Source: an uncultured Bdellovibrionales bacterium (lineage in GTDB: Bacteria; Patescibacteriota; Minisyncoccia; Moranbacterales; DUUL01). Taken from it: DNA of 53,946 bases. Positions 1 through 8,571 of this stretch are shown piece after piece. The notes under the pieces are model-generated. The model saw only the letters and a list, made by a program, of their open reading frames with translations. It made no database searches and was not told the origin of the DNA. Each line of letters begins with the position of its first letter. Position 1 is the stretch's first letter. The stretch is from assembly GCA_964505305.1 (NCBI GenBank), contig CAZDHE010000003.1:1-53946 (forward strand), in the 5' to 3' direction. The position numbers and the translations under genes were made by a program.

Positions 1-36
1 TTGGAGACCGTCGTTATACCACTTAACTAATCCCGC
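1..36 (-). tRNA. tRNA-Trp(CCA), 5' half, truncated by window edge
   Basis: Reverse complement GCGGGATTAGTTAAGTGGTATAACGACGGTCTCCAA: acceptor 5' strand, D-arm with TGG, anticodon loop CTCCAA. Confidence 0.8.
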
Positions 37-398
37 GTGGTTATAATATTACAAAAAACAAAATAATTTGAAAAGCTAATGAGGATGAGCCCCCCCCTTC
101 GCAAAAAAAAGGGGGGTGCCACTTAACTAATCCCGCATAATTGATTCCTTCCAGTTTTCAGCAACTAATAAGCGCCAAGCCTCTTCATTAATCTTAATTA
201 TTTTTGATAAACACAAAAAGACTGCGATTTATAGTTTTTTAATCGGATTTTAACCTGTCTTAGACCAAAAACCACAATTTCAAAACTCAATATCTTTTAC
301 CTTGCCTCTTCCCTTAATGTTTGCCCCACTTCTTTTTCGACATTTAACATTTATTTATTAGAATTTGATTTGACATTTAAGCTTGGTCCCGGTGAAAG

Positions 399-418
399 AA
401 TCCCGAGGGCTCGGGATT
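399..418. repeat. REP-like palindrome family B (ATCCCGAGTACTCGGGA), variant copy
   Basis: AATCCCGAGGGCTCGGGATT; related copies at ~509, 1965, 2357, 2777, 3418, 3634, 8496, 52054. Confidence 0.8.
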
Positions 419-439
419 AAGATTTTTTCAAAAAAACCC

Positions 440-477
440 TGAAGTTAGACTTCTGCATCCGCAGAATTCGAACTTCA
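440..477 (-). repeat. REP-like palindrome family A (TGAAGTTCGAATTCTGCGGATGCAGAAGTCGAACTTCA)
   Basis: Reverse-orientation copy of the ~38 bp imperfect palindrome also at 2704, 3553, 7061 and 33656, with partial copies at 9994, 11815, 14597, 30302. Confidence 0.85.
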
Positions 478-542
478 ATCCCCTTATCCCTTGCTTCTGT
501 TTAGTTTTGTCTCGAGTACTCGGAGCTTAATTTCTTAATCTC

Positions 543-965
543 CTACTCCACCTTCACGCCCATTGACCTGGCGGTTCCTTCCACAATTCTTATTGCCGAA
601 TCTAAATCATTGGCATTTAAATCCGGCATTTTTTTCTCGGCTATTTCTTTTACTTGATTTTTGGTTATTTTACCGGCTTTTTCGGTTAAAGCGTTACCGG
701 CTCCTTTTTGTATGCCGGCGGCCTTTTTAATTAGCTCTGAAGCCGGAGGAGTTTTGAGTTTAAAATCAAAGCTGCGGTCCTCAAATACGCTAATCTCCAC
801 CGGAACAACATCTCCCTGCATTTCCTTGGTAGCCTCGTTAAATTTAGTGCAAAAATCTTGAATATTAAGACCATGCTGACCCAGAGCGGGACCTACCGGA
901 GGAGCCGGATTGGCTTGCCCTGCTTTTATTTGAAGTTTAATAACGGTTTCTGCTTGTTTAGGCAT
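543..965 (-). CDS. rplK: 50S ribosomal protein L11
   Basis: [23 protein letters not shown] and GTARSMG signatures. Confidence 0.98.
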   Translation of the reverse strand: MPKQAETVIKLQIKAGQANPAPPVGPALGQHGLNIQDFCTKFNEATKEMQGDVVPVEISVFEDRSFDFKLKTPPASELIKKAAGIQKGAGNALTEKAGKITKNQVKEIAEKKMPDLNANDLDSAIRIVEGTARSMGVKVE

Positions 966-1022
966 AAAAGTATTCTTATTATTTATTCTGCTAAAATTTA
1001 TTCTATTGAAAATGAAAAGCTT

Positions 1023-1568
1023 TTAAGTTTTGCTTATTTGCAAAAAATCCAATTCCACGGGAGTTTCCCTGCCAAAAATATTTACCAACACGGTTATCTT
1101 TCCTCTTTCTTTATCCACTTGGCTGACTTTACTGTCAAATCCCTTAAAAGGACCGTCCACCACCTTTACCATTTCCCCTTCTTCTATATCTATATTATAC
1201 TTAGGCTCTTGTTTGTCCGTTCTTTTTTTAATAAGTCCAATTTCCTCCGGGTCAACGGGAGTTGGGGTGGTTCCCAATCCGATAAAACCGGTCACATTGG
1301 GAGTATTTCTAACCACATACCAAGAATCGTCCGTTACAATCATATCCACCAACACATACCCGGGAAATATTTTCTCTTCTACCGTATACCGCTTACCGTT
1401 TTTAATCTTAATCTTGGCTTCTTTAGGCACTAAAACATCAAAAATCTTGTCTTTAACTCCCATAGATTCAATTCTTTGCCTTAAATTTCTAGCCACATTA
1501 TCTTCATAACCACTGTAAGTATGAAGAACATACCAAGCGCGTCCGTGATGTTGGGTTTGTTTAGCCAT
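1023..1568 (-). CDS. nusG: Transcription termination/antitermination factor NusG
   Basis: WYVLHTYSGYE, FPGYVLVDM, KOW motif DGPFKGF, IFGRETPVELDF. Confidence 0.98.
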   Translation of the reverse strand: MAKQTQHHGRAWYVLHTYSGYEDNVARNLRQRIESMGVKDKIFDVLVPKEAKIKIKNGKRYTVEEKIFPGYVLVDMIVTDDSWYVVRNTPNVTGFIGLGTTPTPVDPEEIGLIKKRTDKQEPKYNIDIEEGEMVKVVDGPFKGFDSKVSQVDKERGKITVLVNIFGRETPVELDFLQISKT

Positions 1569-1597
1569 AATCCAAATAAATTAGATAATTAGTCCTT

Positions 1598-1783
1598 TTA
1601 GTTGAAAATAAATCTTTCGATAGCTCCGGAAAAAAGCAAATCCAATAATCCAAGAAAAATAGCCACAGCCAAACTGACTCCTATCACCACTCCGGTGTAT
1701 TTAAGAGTTTGTTCTCTGCTTGGCCAATTCACCTTCTTCAACTCCTCTTTGGCTTCTTTAAGGAAATTAATCGCCTTATTCAT
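1598..1783 (-). CDS. secE: Preprotein translocase subunit SecE
   Basis: ELKKVNWPSR motif plus one TM helix; upstream of nusG. Confidence 0.95.
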   Translation of the reverse strand: MNKAINFLKEAKEELKKVNWPSREQTLKYTGVVIGVSLAVAIFLGLLDLLFSGAIERFIFN

Positions 1784-1865
1784 TTAGGTAATTAAAATAA
1801 TTCTTAAAAAAACAATTCTTTCTGGATTTAAAAACAGCCTCGAGGGCTATTGTTAATTTATTAAA

Positions 1866-1894
1866 ATTCTACATTCTTTTTTCAAAAAAGTCAA
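1866..1894 (-). promoter_or_regulatory. Putative sigma70 promoter of secE-nusG-rplK
   Basis: Minus strand TTGACT-17 bp-TAGAAT. Confidence 0.6.
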
Positions 1895-2148
1895 ATGCTT
1901 CCTTTGATGGTTTTTGGAAACGGCCCCTTGATACTTAAACTCAAAACTAAGATGTCAACTAACAATCCCGGGTACTCAGGGACGGGAAGATAGAGAATAA
2001 GGAGTAAAAAACAAAGGGCGAGAACTTGAAATGTCAAATGTCAAACCCGCTCAAATGTCAAATCAATGACAAATGACTAAGCTCAAATATCAAATGAAAG
2101 GGGTAAGGGTTCAATAAGTCAAAAGTCAAAATGACAGCTCAAAAGTCA

Positions 2149-2190
2149 ACCCGGTGGAACTCTTGCGAAGCAAGATTGTTCCACTCGGGT
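2149..2190. repeat. Palindrome family C (42 bp hairpin)
   Basis: ACCCGGTGGAACTCTTGCGAAGCAAGATTGTTCCACTCGGGT; copies at 3451-3492 and, inverted, 52418-52459. Confidence 0.85.
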
Positions 2191-2447
2191 CAAAGCCACG
2201 GCTCAAAGCTAAAAGTTTAAATAGAAGCAAGAGGTAAGTATTAAGAGGCAAGGGATTGAAATGACAAATGACAAACCCGCCCAAATGACAAATGAATAAA
2301 TGACAAATGACCGCCTATTAAGGGGCAAGGGGCAAGGGAAGAGAAACTCAAAGCTCATCCCGAGTACTCGGGACAAAAGTCAAATCTACAACTTAAAGTT
2401 CAAAGCTACGGTTAAAAACTTAAATCTAAAATTTACCTAAATTAAAA

Positions 2448-2641
2448 ATGTCTGATAATAAAACTAAGCCCAATAATTTAAAACACTGAGCCTATTGCCT
2501 CTCCTTGGAAACAGCCTCTGAAAAACGGAACTGATTACGGAAAAACCAACCAAGAATCCAAAAGATTTGAAAGAAATTAAAGAAAATTCCAATATGCTAG
2601 CCTCAAGCATCTTAACTATGAAAAACAAGGAAGAACATTAA
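2448..2641 (+). pseudogene. Internally deleted four-helix-bundle protein relic
   Basis: ATG-SDNKTKPNNLKH*AYCLSLE at the start and LKEIKENSNMLASSILTMKNKEEH* at the end, resembling LLKETIEIANILGTSILTLKGKKK of 47343..47729. Confidence 0.7.
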
Positions 2642-2870
2642 AACGTAAAAGTTTTGACTTTTAAGTTGTGGCTTTGAGATTTGACTTTTGAGATTTGACT
2701 TTTAAGTTCTGCGGATGCAGAAGTCGAACTTCAGGGTTTTTTCGAAAAAAGTTGCTGGTTTAAACGCATAATATCAATCCTGATTACTCAGGACAAATGT
2801 CAAATATTAAATCAAATCCTAATATCAATCCCGGGGGCTCAAAATCAATTATGCTAACTAAATAAACTTA

Positions 2871-2902
2871 AAAGAGGCCGGCTCGGATGAGCTGGCCTCT
2901 TT
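2871..2902. terminator. Putative intrinsic terminator downstream of 2914..3243
   Basis: AAAGAGGCCGGCTC-GGAT-GAGCTGGCCTCTTT stem-loop with A/T tracts. Confidence 0.6.
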
Positions 2903-2913
2903 GATTTTTTTGC

Positions 2914-3243
2914 TTAAGCACTTTGCTTAAATGGCAAAGTTCTTGGGTCGAACTGATAGTTGTTTCTTGATTTTTTTAAATGATAAACCTCCCTTGCAAG
3001 TATCTCGATCGCTTCTTTGGGGTAAAACTCATGCTTAGCCAAGATTTCTTGCACAAACTCATTCTCCCTTTCCTTTTCCTGCTTTTGCCGGCATTCCGGG
3101 CAAATTAAATAATGAACCACCTGATGCTGATTCTCCTTATAATAATAACTGGTTTTAACCTCATTTTTATTACGATCAACACATTCAGTACGCACCTCAA
3201 AACACTCCGGGCAAACCACAGTTAAATCTTGAAAAAGAGCCAT
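2914..3243 (-). CDS. Hypothetical protein, putative zinc ribbon (two CPEC motifs)
   Basis: 109 aa ORF, AAGGGGG upstream of ATG, CPEC x2, downstream terminator. Confidence 0.7.
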   Translation of the reverse strand: MALFQDLTVVCPECFEVRTECVDRNKNEVKTSYYYKENQHQVVHYLICPECRQKQEKERENEFVQEILAKHEFYPKEAIEILAREVYHLKKSRNNYQFDPRTLPFKQSA

Positions 3244-3334
3244 AACAATCCCCCTTTTTATAAATTTTGGTTCCCTGGGAAACTCTGTGGTTAAATATAA
3301 TAAAATGACTTCAACCGAGCAAACTTCATAGATT

Positions 3335-3670
3335 CAATGACAAAAGTCAAACCCGTGCAAATGTCAAATCAAAGAAGCAAGAAGTAAGTATTAAGGGGGC
3401 AAGGGGTTGAAAATTCAATCCCGAGTACTCGGGACAAAAGTCAAAAATCAACCCGGTGAAACTCTTGCGAAGTAAGACTGTTCCACTCGAGTCAAAGCCA
3501 CAGCTCAAAGCTCAAAACAGAATCAAGGAGAAAGAAGCAAGAAGCAAGGAAACTGAAGTTCGAATTCTGCGGATGCAGAAGTCGAACTTCAGGGTTTTTT
3601 CAAAAAAAATTGCTTTGGCAAAAATACGCAACATCAATCCCGAGCACTCGGGATTGAGTTTTGAGTTTTT
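3335..3670. repeat. Gene-less heptamer-arm cassette with nested palindromes of families A, B, C
   Basis: CAAATGTCAAATCAAAGAAGCAAGAAGTAAGTATTAAGGGGGCAAGGG nearly identical to 47196-47245; family B at 3418 and 3634, C at 3451, A at 3553. Confidence 0.8.
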
Positions 3671-4899
3671 CAAACGTATCTCCTCTTCTTCAGCTTATCC
3701 GGCAAATACTGCTGATCAGCGCTATCTTCTTTGGGGGTATATCGGTAGCCCTTGCCATAGTCAAGGTCTTTCATTAATTTTATCGGCGCATTTCTAATAT
3801 GTAAAGGAACCGGTAAGTTGCCATAGGATTGAACATCTTTTTTGGCCTTTCCGAGCGATTCATAGGCTAAAATACTTTTTTTGGTTTTAGCCAAGTAAAT
3901 TACGCACTGAGCCAAATGCACCTCGCACTCAGGCAGACCGATTTTATGGCAAGCGTCAAAAACCGCATTAGCCAGAACCAGCGCGTGGTTATCCGCCAAT
4001 CCCACGTCTTCGGAGGCAAACCGCACCAGACGCCTGGCAATATACAACGGGTCTTCCCCGCCTTCAATCATTCGCGCCAGCCAGTAAAGGCTTGCGTCGG
4101 CATCTCCGCCCCGCATAGATTTATGCAAAGCTGAAATGATATTGTAATGCTCCTCCCCGTGCTTGTCATACATCAAGTGGCTCTTTTGCAGAATTTCCTT
4201 GACCAGCTTTTTACTCACCGGCTTGTCTTGATTTAAAACGGCCTCCAAGGTGTTCAACGCCATCCGCGCGTCTCCATTGGAAAGATCCGCTATTATTTTG
4301 AAAATTTCCCACTTGATTTTCTTGTCCTTGCTCTCTCGAGGCGCTAAACCTTGGTTTTTAAAGATTTTTTCCGCTCTTTTCAACAACTTTTCCACATCTC
4401 CGGTTTTCAGCTTATGCAAAATCATTACCCTACATCGAGACACTAAAGCCGAATTGACTTCAAAACCGGGATTTTCCGTAGTAGCGCCGATTAAAACCAC
4501 GGTTCCGTCTTCCACATAAGGCAGTAAGGCGTCTTGCTGGGATTTGTTCCAACGATGCACTTCGTCCAGAAACAAAATGGTTCGCCTGCCTTCGCTGCGG
4601 TTTCGCCCCGCTTTCTCAACAATCGCCATCAGGTCTTTCTTGCCGGTGTTAACCGCCGAAAGCTGATAGAATTCCGAATTAGTTTTTTCTGCAATAATTT
4701 TGGCCAGTGTGGTTTTGCCCGTTCCCGGCGGTCCCCAAAAGATCATCGATGGCACCTTGTCGGCCTCAATGGCATTTCTTAAAAAGGAATTTTCCCCAAC
4801 CAATTCCTCCTGTCCGACAAAATCATCCAATCTCTTCGGTCTGACCAGCTCCGCCAAGGGTTTATATATTTGCTCTTTCATGTCTTTATTGTAACTCAC
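3670..4899 (-). CDS. rarA: Replication-associated recombination protein A (RarA/MgsA AAA+ ATPase); true start may be MKEQ at 4881
   Basis: WGPPGTGKTT Walker A, FLDEVHR Walker B, GATTENP, ISALHKSMRG, ASEDVGLA. Confidence 0.95.
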   Translation of the reverse strand: MSYNKDMKEQIYKPLAELVRPKRLDDFVGQEELVGENSFLRNAIEADKVPSMIFWGPPGTGKTTLAKIIAEKTNSEFYQLSAVNTGKKDLMAIVEKAGRNRSEGRRTILFLDEVHRWNKSQQDALLPYVEDGTVVLIGATTENPGFEVNSALVSRCRVMILHKLKTGDVEKLLKRAEKIFKNQGLAPRESKDKKIKWEIFKIIADLSNGDARMALNTLEAVLNQDKPVSKKLVKEILQKSHLMYDKHGEEHYNIISALHKSMRGGDADASLYWLARMIEGGEDPLYIARRLVRFASEDVGLADNHALVLANAVFDACHKIGLPECEVHLAQCVIYLAKTKKSILAYESLGKAKKDVQSYGNLPVPLHIRNAPIKLMKDLDYGKGYRYTPKEDSADQQYLPDKLKKRRYV

Positions 4900-5069
4900 T
4901 TTTTTATTTTTGTAACTGATTTTACGCGAGTTGATAAATTAGCCCTGCTATAGAAAACCCTAAAGTTTAAATTCTGCAGCCACGAAAATCAAACTTCTAT
5001 CCGCCAATGTGAATAGAAAATACACATTGGAGAATGTGTGTGTAATATCAGTTATTGACTTTTTGAAAG

Positions 5070-5153
5070 TGGGCATGGGGAGAGTCGAACTCCCATGAGC
5101 TTACGCTCACACGCTCCTGAAGCGTGCGTGTCTACCAGTTCCACCACATGCCC
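5070..5153 (-). tRNA. tRNA-Leu(CAG)
   Basis: GGGCATGTGGTGGAACTGGTAGACACGCACGCTTCAGGAGCGTG..., long variable arm, GTTCGACTC T-loop. Confidence 0.92.
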
Positions 5154-5292
5154 TCTTTAGTTGTAAAGTGTGAAAGTGAGGGCAATTGAGAAAGTGGAAA
5201 AGAGTGATTCACCTAAGCCTGCTTGAAGGCAGGCAGGTATCTTCCCTTAAATTCCTTGCTTCTTACCCCTCACCCCTTGCTACTAATTTATG

Positions 5293-5363
5293 TCGGGCCG
5301 CCCGGAATTGAACCGGGGTTGCACGCACCCAAAGCGTGAGTAATGCCATTATACCACGGCCCG
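5293..5363 (-). tRNA. tRNA-Pro(TGG)
   Basis: CGGGCCGTGGTATAATGG...CACGC TTTGGGT GCGTG...GGTTCAATTCC. Confidence 0.92.
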
Positions 5364-5534
5364 AAAACTTCTTAAGATTGTAACACCAATCAAATCAAAA
5401 ATCAATCCTCGCCCCGAGTAACGAAGAAGAAAATAGCAACAAGAGGTGAACAGCAAGTAGTAAGGGAAATATCTTCCTGTCCACCCCCTAAACCAGACAA
5501 ACAGTGTTTGTCGGGTTTAGTTAAAAAAAGGCAA

Positions 5535-5735
5535 ATTTTAGAAATCCAAATGACCAAACTCAAATTTCAAATCAATGTCAAATGATAGAAGGCCAATATC
5601 AAGTTTTGGTCTTTGAAATTTAAAATTTGAATTTCAGTTTAATTCATTTTGCATTTTATTCTATCATTTTGATTTTTGACCTTTGATTTTTGAATTTTCA
5701 ATCCCTTGCCCCTTAATACTTGCTTCTTTTGTTTG
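5535..5735. repeat. Gene-less heptamer-arm cassette
   Basis: 5624-5730 is the reverse complement of the upstream flank (~47210-47320) of the four-helix-bundle gene. Confidence 0.75.
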
Positions 5736-5761
5736 TCGTTTCAAACCCTAGTCCCTTACTC

Positions 5762-6970
5762 CTACCTCAGACTGCAATGAAGCTTACTGTAAACCAGACT
5801 TAAAAACAAAGAAAATAAAGCTCCAAAAACAAAGAGCCAGTTAATGGAAACAAAAAAAGAAGAAACCAGCAACAAGGCAAGCATCGCAATTTTTCCCAAA
5901 CAGAGACCAATTTCTCGAAAAACCACAAATTCATCCACCAAATGTTTTTGTTCGTAAGCTTTCTCAAAAACAAAGACATCCAAAGGAGTGCGGTAAAATA
6001 TCTGGGTGAACTTATGAAAAGCATCCACTACAAAAATATGAAAAGCCGATAAAACAAAAATTTTCGCCAGCCATCCGATGGCGTAAAAAACGCCTCCGAA
6101 TTTAACCATTTTTTCTCTATAACAGCCTTTATCTATAAATTTGCCCGCCAACAATTGCATAACTACCGTAACACTTACTACCATAGTCAAAACAGAACCT
6201 ATTTTCAAATAATCATCTCCCAAAATTAAAAAAATAAAAATTGGCCAGATCAGGAAGCCGGCTACCGTCTCGGCTCCATCGGCAAAAAAGATTAAAAAGG
6301 CTTGCCTGTTTTCTTTATCTAAAATCTTTTTAATTATTTTCTTTCTGCTCCAACTAAGCTTTTCTTTGGTTCTGGGGGTAAAAATAAGCGGCACAAAAGA
6401 CAAGCCAAAAGCTAAAAAAGCTAAAAAGAAAAGAGCCTTAAAACCAAAATCCTCGATAATAAAACCGGCTATTAAGGGAGTTAAAATGCTGGTTATTCCA
6501 AAAGCGACTTCAATCAAACCCAGCTGGCGGCCTCGATTTCTTTTGCTGGTAAATTTAGTCAAATCCACATTGTAAGGGATCCAATAAAGAAATCTCCATA
6601 AAGAAATAAAAATTACCGAAAAAGGCAAAATAAACCAATAATTATCCTTATCCAAAAAGAAAAAAGACAAATAAAACAAAGCCCCCACCAAAGCGCTCAA
6701 TCTTAAAGCCTTGCGAAAGCTAAAACTGTTTAAACCGTGAGATAAAAAGAAAACAAAAAAAAGAAGCAAGATATAACTGGCCAGATAATATAAAATCACC
6801 CCCTGAATACTTTCAAGAATTAAATAAAGAAATATCGGCAAAAAAACCGCAAACAGACCCATAACAGCGTCTGTAATAACGCTGTTTATAAACAAGGTGA
6901 TATATCCTCCGGAAACCTTGCCCTCAAAATAATGAGGCCGGTGAATATGCAAATGAAAGCGATGATGCAT
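5762..6970 (-). CDS. MFS-type transporter, paralog 1, His-rich N-terminus
   Basis: ~402 aa, about 12 hydrophobic segments, GKFIDK loop motif; clear similarity to 7129..8340. Confidence 0.8.
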   Translation of the reverse strand: MHHRFHLHIHRPHYFEGKVSGGYITLFINSVITDAVMGLFAVFLPIFLYLILESIQGVILYYLASYILLLFFVFFLSHGLNSFSFRKALRLSALVGALFYLSFFFLDKDNYWFILPFSVIFISLWRFLYWIPYNVDLTKFTSKRNRGRQLGLIEVAFGITSILTPLIAGFIIEDFGFKALFFLAFLAFGLSFVPLIFTPRTKEKLSWSRKKIIKKILDKENRQAFLIFFADGAETVAGFLIWPIFIFLILGDDYLKIGSVLTMVVSVTVVMQLLAGKFIDKGCYREKMVKFGGVFYAIGWLAKIFVLSAFHIFVVDAFHKFTQIFYRTPLDVFVFEKAYEQKHLVDEFVVFREIGLCLGKIAMLALLLVSSFFVSINWLFVFGALFSLFLSLVYSKLHCSLR

Positions 6971-7128
6971 TTAAAAAATGGTTAAAAATTACCTATCTGA
7001 TGTTACCGCATATACTCATTATAGTTTAATATGAATATATTTTCCAATCACACAACAGCTTGAAGTTCGAATTCTGCGGATGCAGAAGTCGAACTTCAGG
7101 AATTTTTTAAGAAAGATTTCTTTAACAG

Positions 7129-8340
7129 TTACCTAAGATAACAATAAAATCTGTTAAAAACCATTCCGATCACAATCGAAGCGACAACTCCCAAAAGAAA
7201 AAGCCAATTAAGGGAAACAAAAAAAGACAAAACAATGACCAACGATGTCATTACCGCTCTCCCCGAAACTAAACAAATCTGTCTAAAAACACTAAATTCA
7301 TCCACTAAATGATGTTGCTGAGAGGCTTTTTCAAAAATAAAAGCATCCAAGGGAATGCGGTAAAAAATTCTCATAAACTTATGATAAGCATCTATCACAA
7401 AAACATGCAGAGCCGTGAAAGCAAATATTTTCAAAAGCCATCCGAGGGCATAAAAAAAGCTGCCGGTTTTTAAAACCTTTTCTTTTTTGTGATCCGCCAA
7501 TTTTCCGGCAAAGACTTGCAAAATAATTGTAATTGCCACAACAAATGTAGACAAAAAGCCTATCTCCAAATAATTGCCGTTTAGCAATTCATAAAGAAAG
7601 ATCGGCCAAATAAAAATGGGCAAGGAAGACTCCATTCCATCCAGGAAAAACAACCAAGCCGCTTGTCGATTTTCTTTGGAAAAAATCTTTTTGATAATTT
7701 TGTATTTGCTCCAACTGAATTTTTCTTTGGTTCTGGGTAAAAATATATAAGGAATAGCCGAAGCGCCGAAAATTACAATGCCGAAAATAAACAAAGTATT
7801 GAATCCGGAATTAGCTATGATAAATCCGGCCGCAATCGGCGTCACCACACTTAAAAAACTCAACACAGCTTCCACCACCCCCACTTCCTTGCCCCTGTCT
7901 TTCTTGTTGGTAAACTTGGCAAAATCAATATTGTAAGGAATCCAGTATAAAAACCTCCAAAAAGCGATTAAAAAAACCATTATGGGAGCAATAATCCAGA
8001 TATTATCTTTGTTTAGTAAAAAAACAGCTGTATAAAACAACGCCCCCACAAAGGAACTCGTTCTAATAGCTCGACGAAAGCCAAACTTGTTCAAAGAAGG
8101 AGAAAGAAAAAAAACCAGCAATAATTGCAAAAAAAATCCGGCTAAATAATAAAAGGCCACATATCTAACACTTTCCCCAAATGTTTCGTATAAGAAAATA
8201 GGCAGAAAAACGCTAAACAAACCCACCGCCACGTTGGTTATAGCCTTGCCGTAAAAAAGGGAAAGAAACCCCTTTGATAATTTTTCCTTAAAATAATGAG
8301 GTTTTCTGATATTAAGATGATGGTGATTACAATAATACAT
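7129..8340 (-). CDS. MFS-type transporter, paralog 2, His-rich N-terminus
   Basis: ~403 aa, GKLADH motif A-like loop; WRFLYWIPYN shared with paralog 1. Confidence 0.8.
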   Translation of the reverse strand: MYYCNHHHLNIRKPHYFKEKLSKGFLSLFYGKAITNVAVGLFSVFLPIFLYETFGESVRYVAFYYLAGFFLQLLLVFFLSPSLNKFGFRRAIRTSSFVGALFYTAVFLLNKDNIWIIAPIMVFLIAFWRFLYWIPYNIDFAKFTNKKDRGKEVGVVEAVLSFLSVVTPIAAGFIIANSGFNTLFIFGIVIFGASAIPYIFLPRTKEKFSWSKYKIIKKIFSKENRQAAWLFFLDGMESSLPIFIWPIFLYELLNGNYLEIGFLSTFVVAITIILQVFAGKLADHKKEKVLKTGSFFYALGWLLKIFAFTALHVFVIDAYHKFMRIFYRIPLDAFIFEKASQQHHLVDEFSVFRQICLVSGRAVMTSLVIVLSFFVSLNWLFLLGVVASIVIGMVFNRFYCYLR

Positions 8341-8412
8341 TGATTTAAGTTAAAGCCCTAAAAACAAAAAACTCAATAACCAAAAAGCAGCTCCGGGGAA
8401 TTGCTTTTAAAA

Positions 8413-8571
8413 GGAGTTATTTCCAAACACCGCTCCCACCGCAACTCCACCTTTTTGCTAATTTTTCCAAAAATTTTTTGCCTTAGCTCCGGCCATTCCG
8501 AATACTCGGAGCAAAACAATTTATCTAAAAAATTAGAGTTTTCTTGACGAAGCGGTTTTTAAAGCAGTCCC
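8413..8571. mobile_element. MITE-like element, degenerate copy with nested family B palindrome
   Basis: Colinear with 35867..36027 (TTTCCAAACACC...TTTTTGCTAA...TTTTTTGCCTTAGCTC...AATTTATCTAAAAAAT). Confidence 0.7.

Larger units (their letters stand above)
2025..2845 (+). repeat. Decayed heptamer-arm cassette: A-rich 7-bp repeats, four-helix-bundle relic, T-rich complementary arm, nested palindromes
   Basis: ATGTCAA/ATGACAA/TCAAAAG/GGGCAAG repeats 2025-2430, TTTGACT/TTTGAGA repeats 2650-2705; blocks shared with 47142-47330. Confidence 0.75.

Noticed and set aside
661-1787. Plus-strand ORFs over rplK/nusG/secE, and similar short shadow ORFs throughout the window
   Set aside because: Antisense or out-of-frame overlaps of well-supported genes, with no recognisable motifs
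3456-3797. 113 aa plus-strand ORF
   Set aside because: Reads through palindromic and heptamer repeats and runs antisense into rarA
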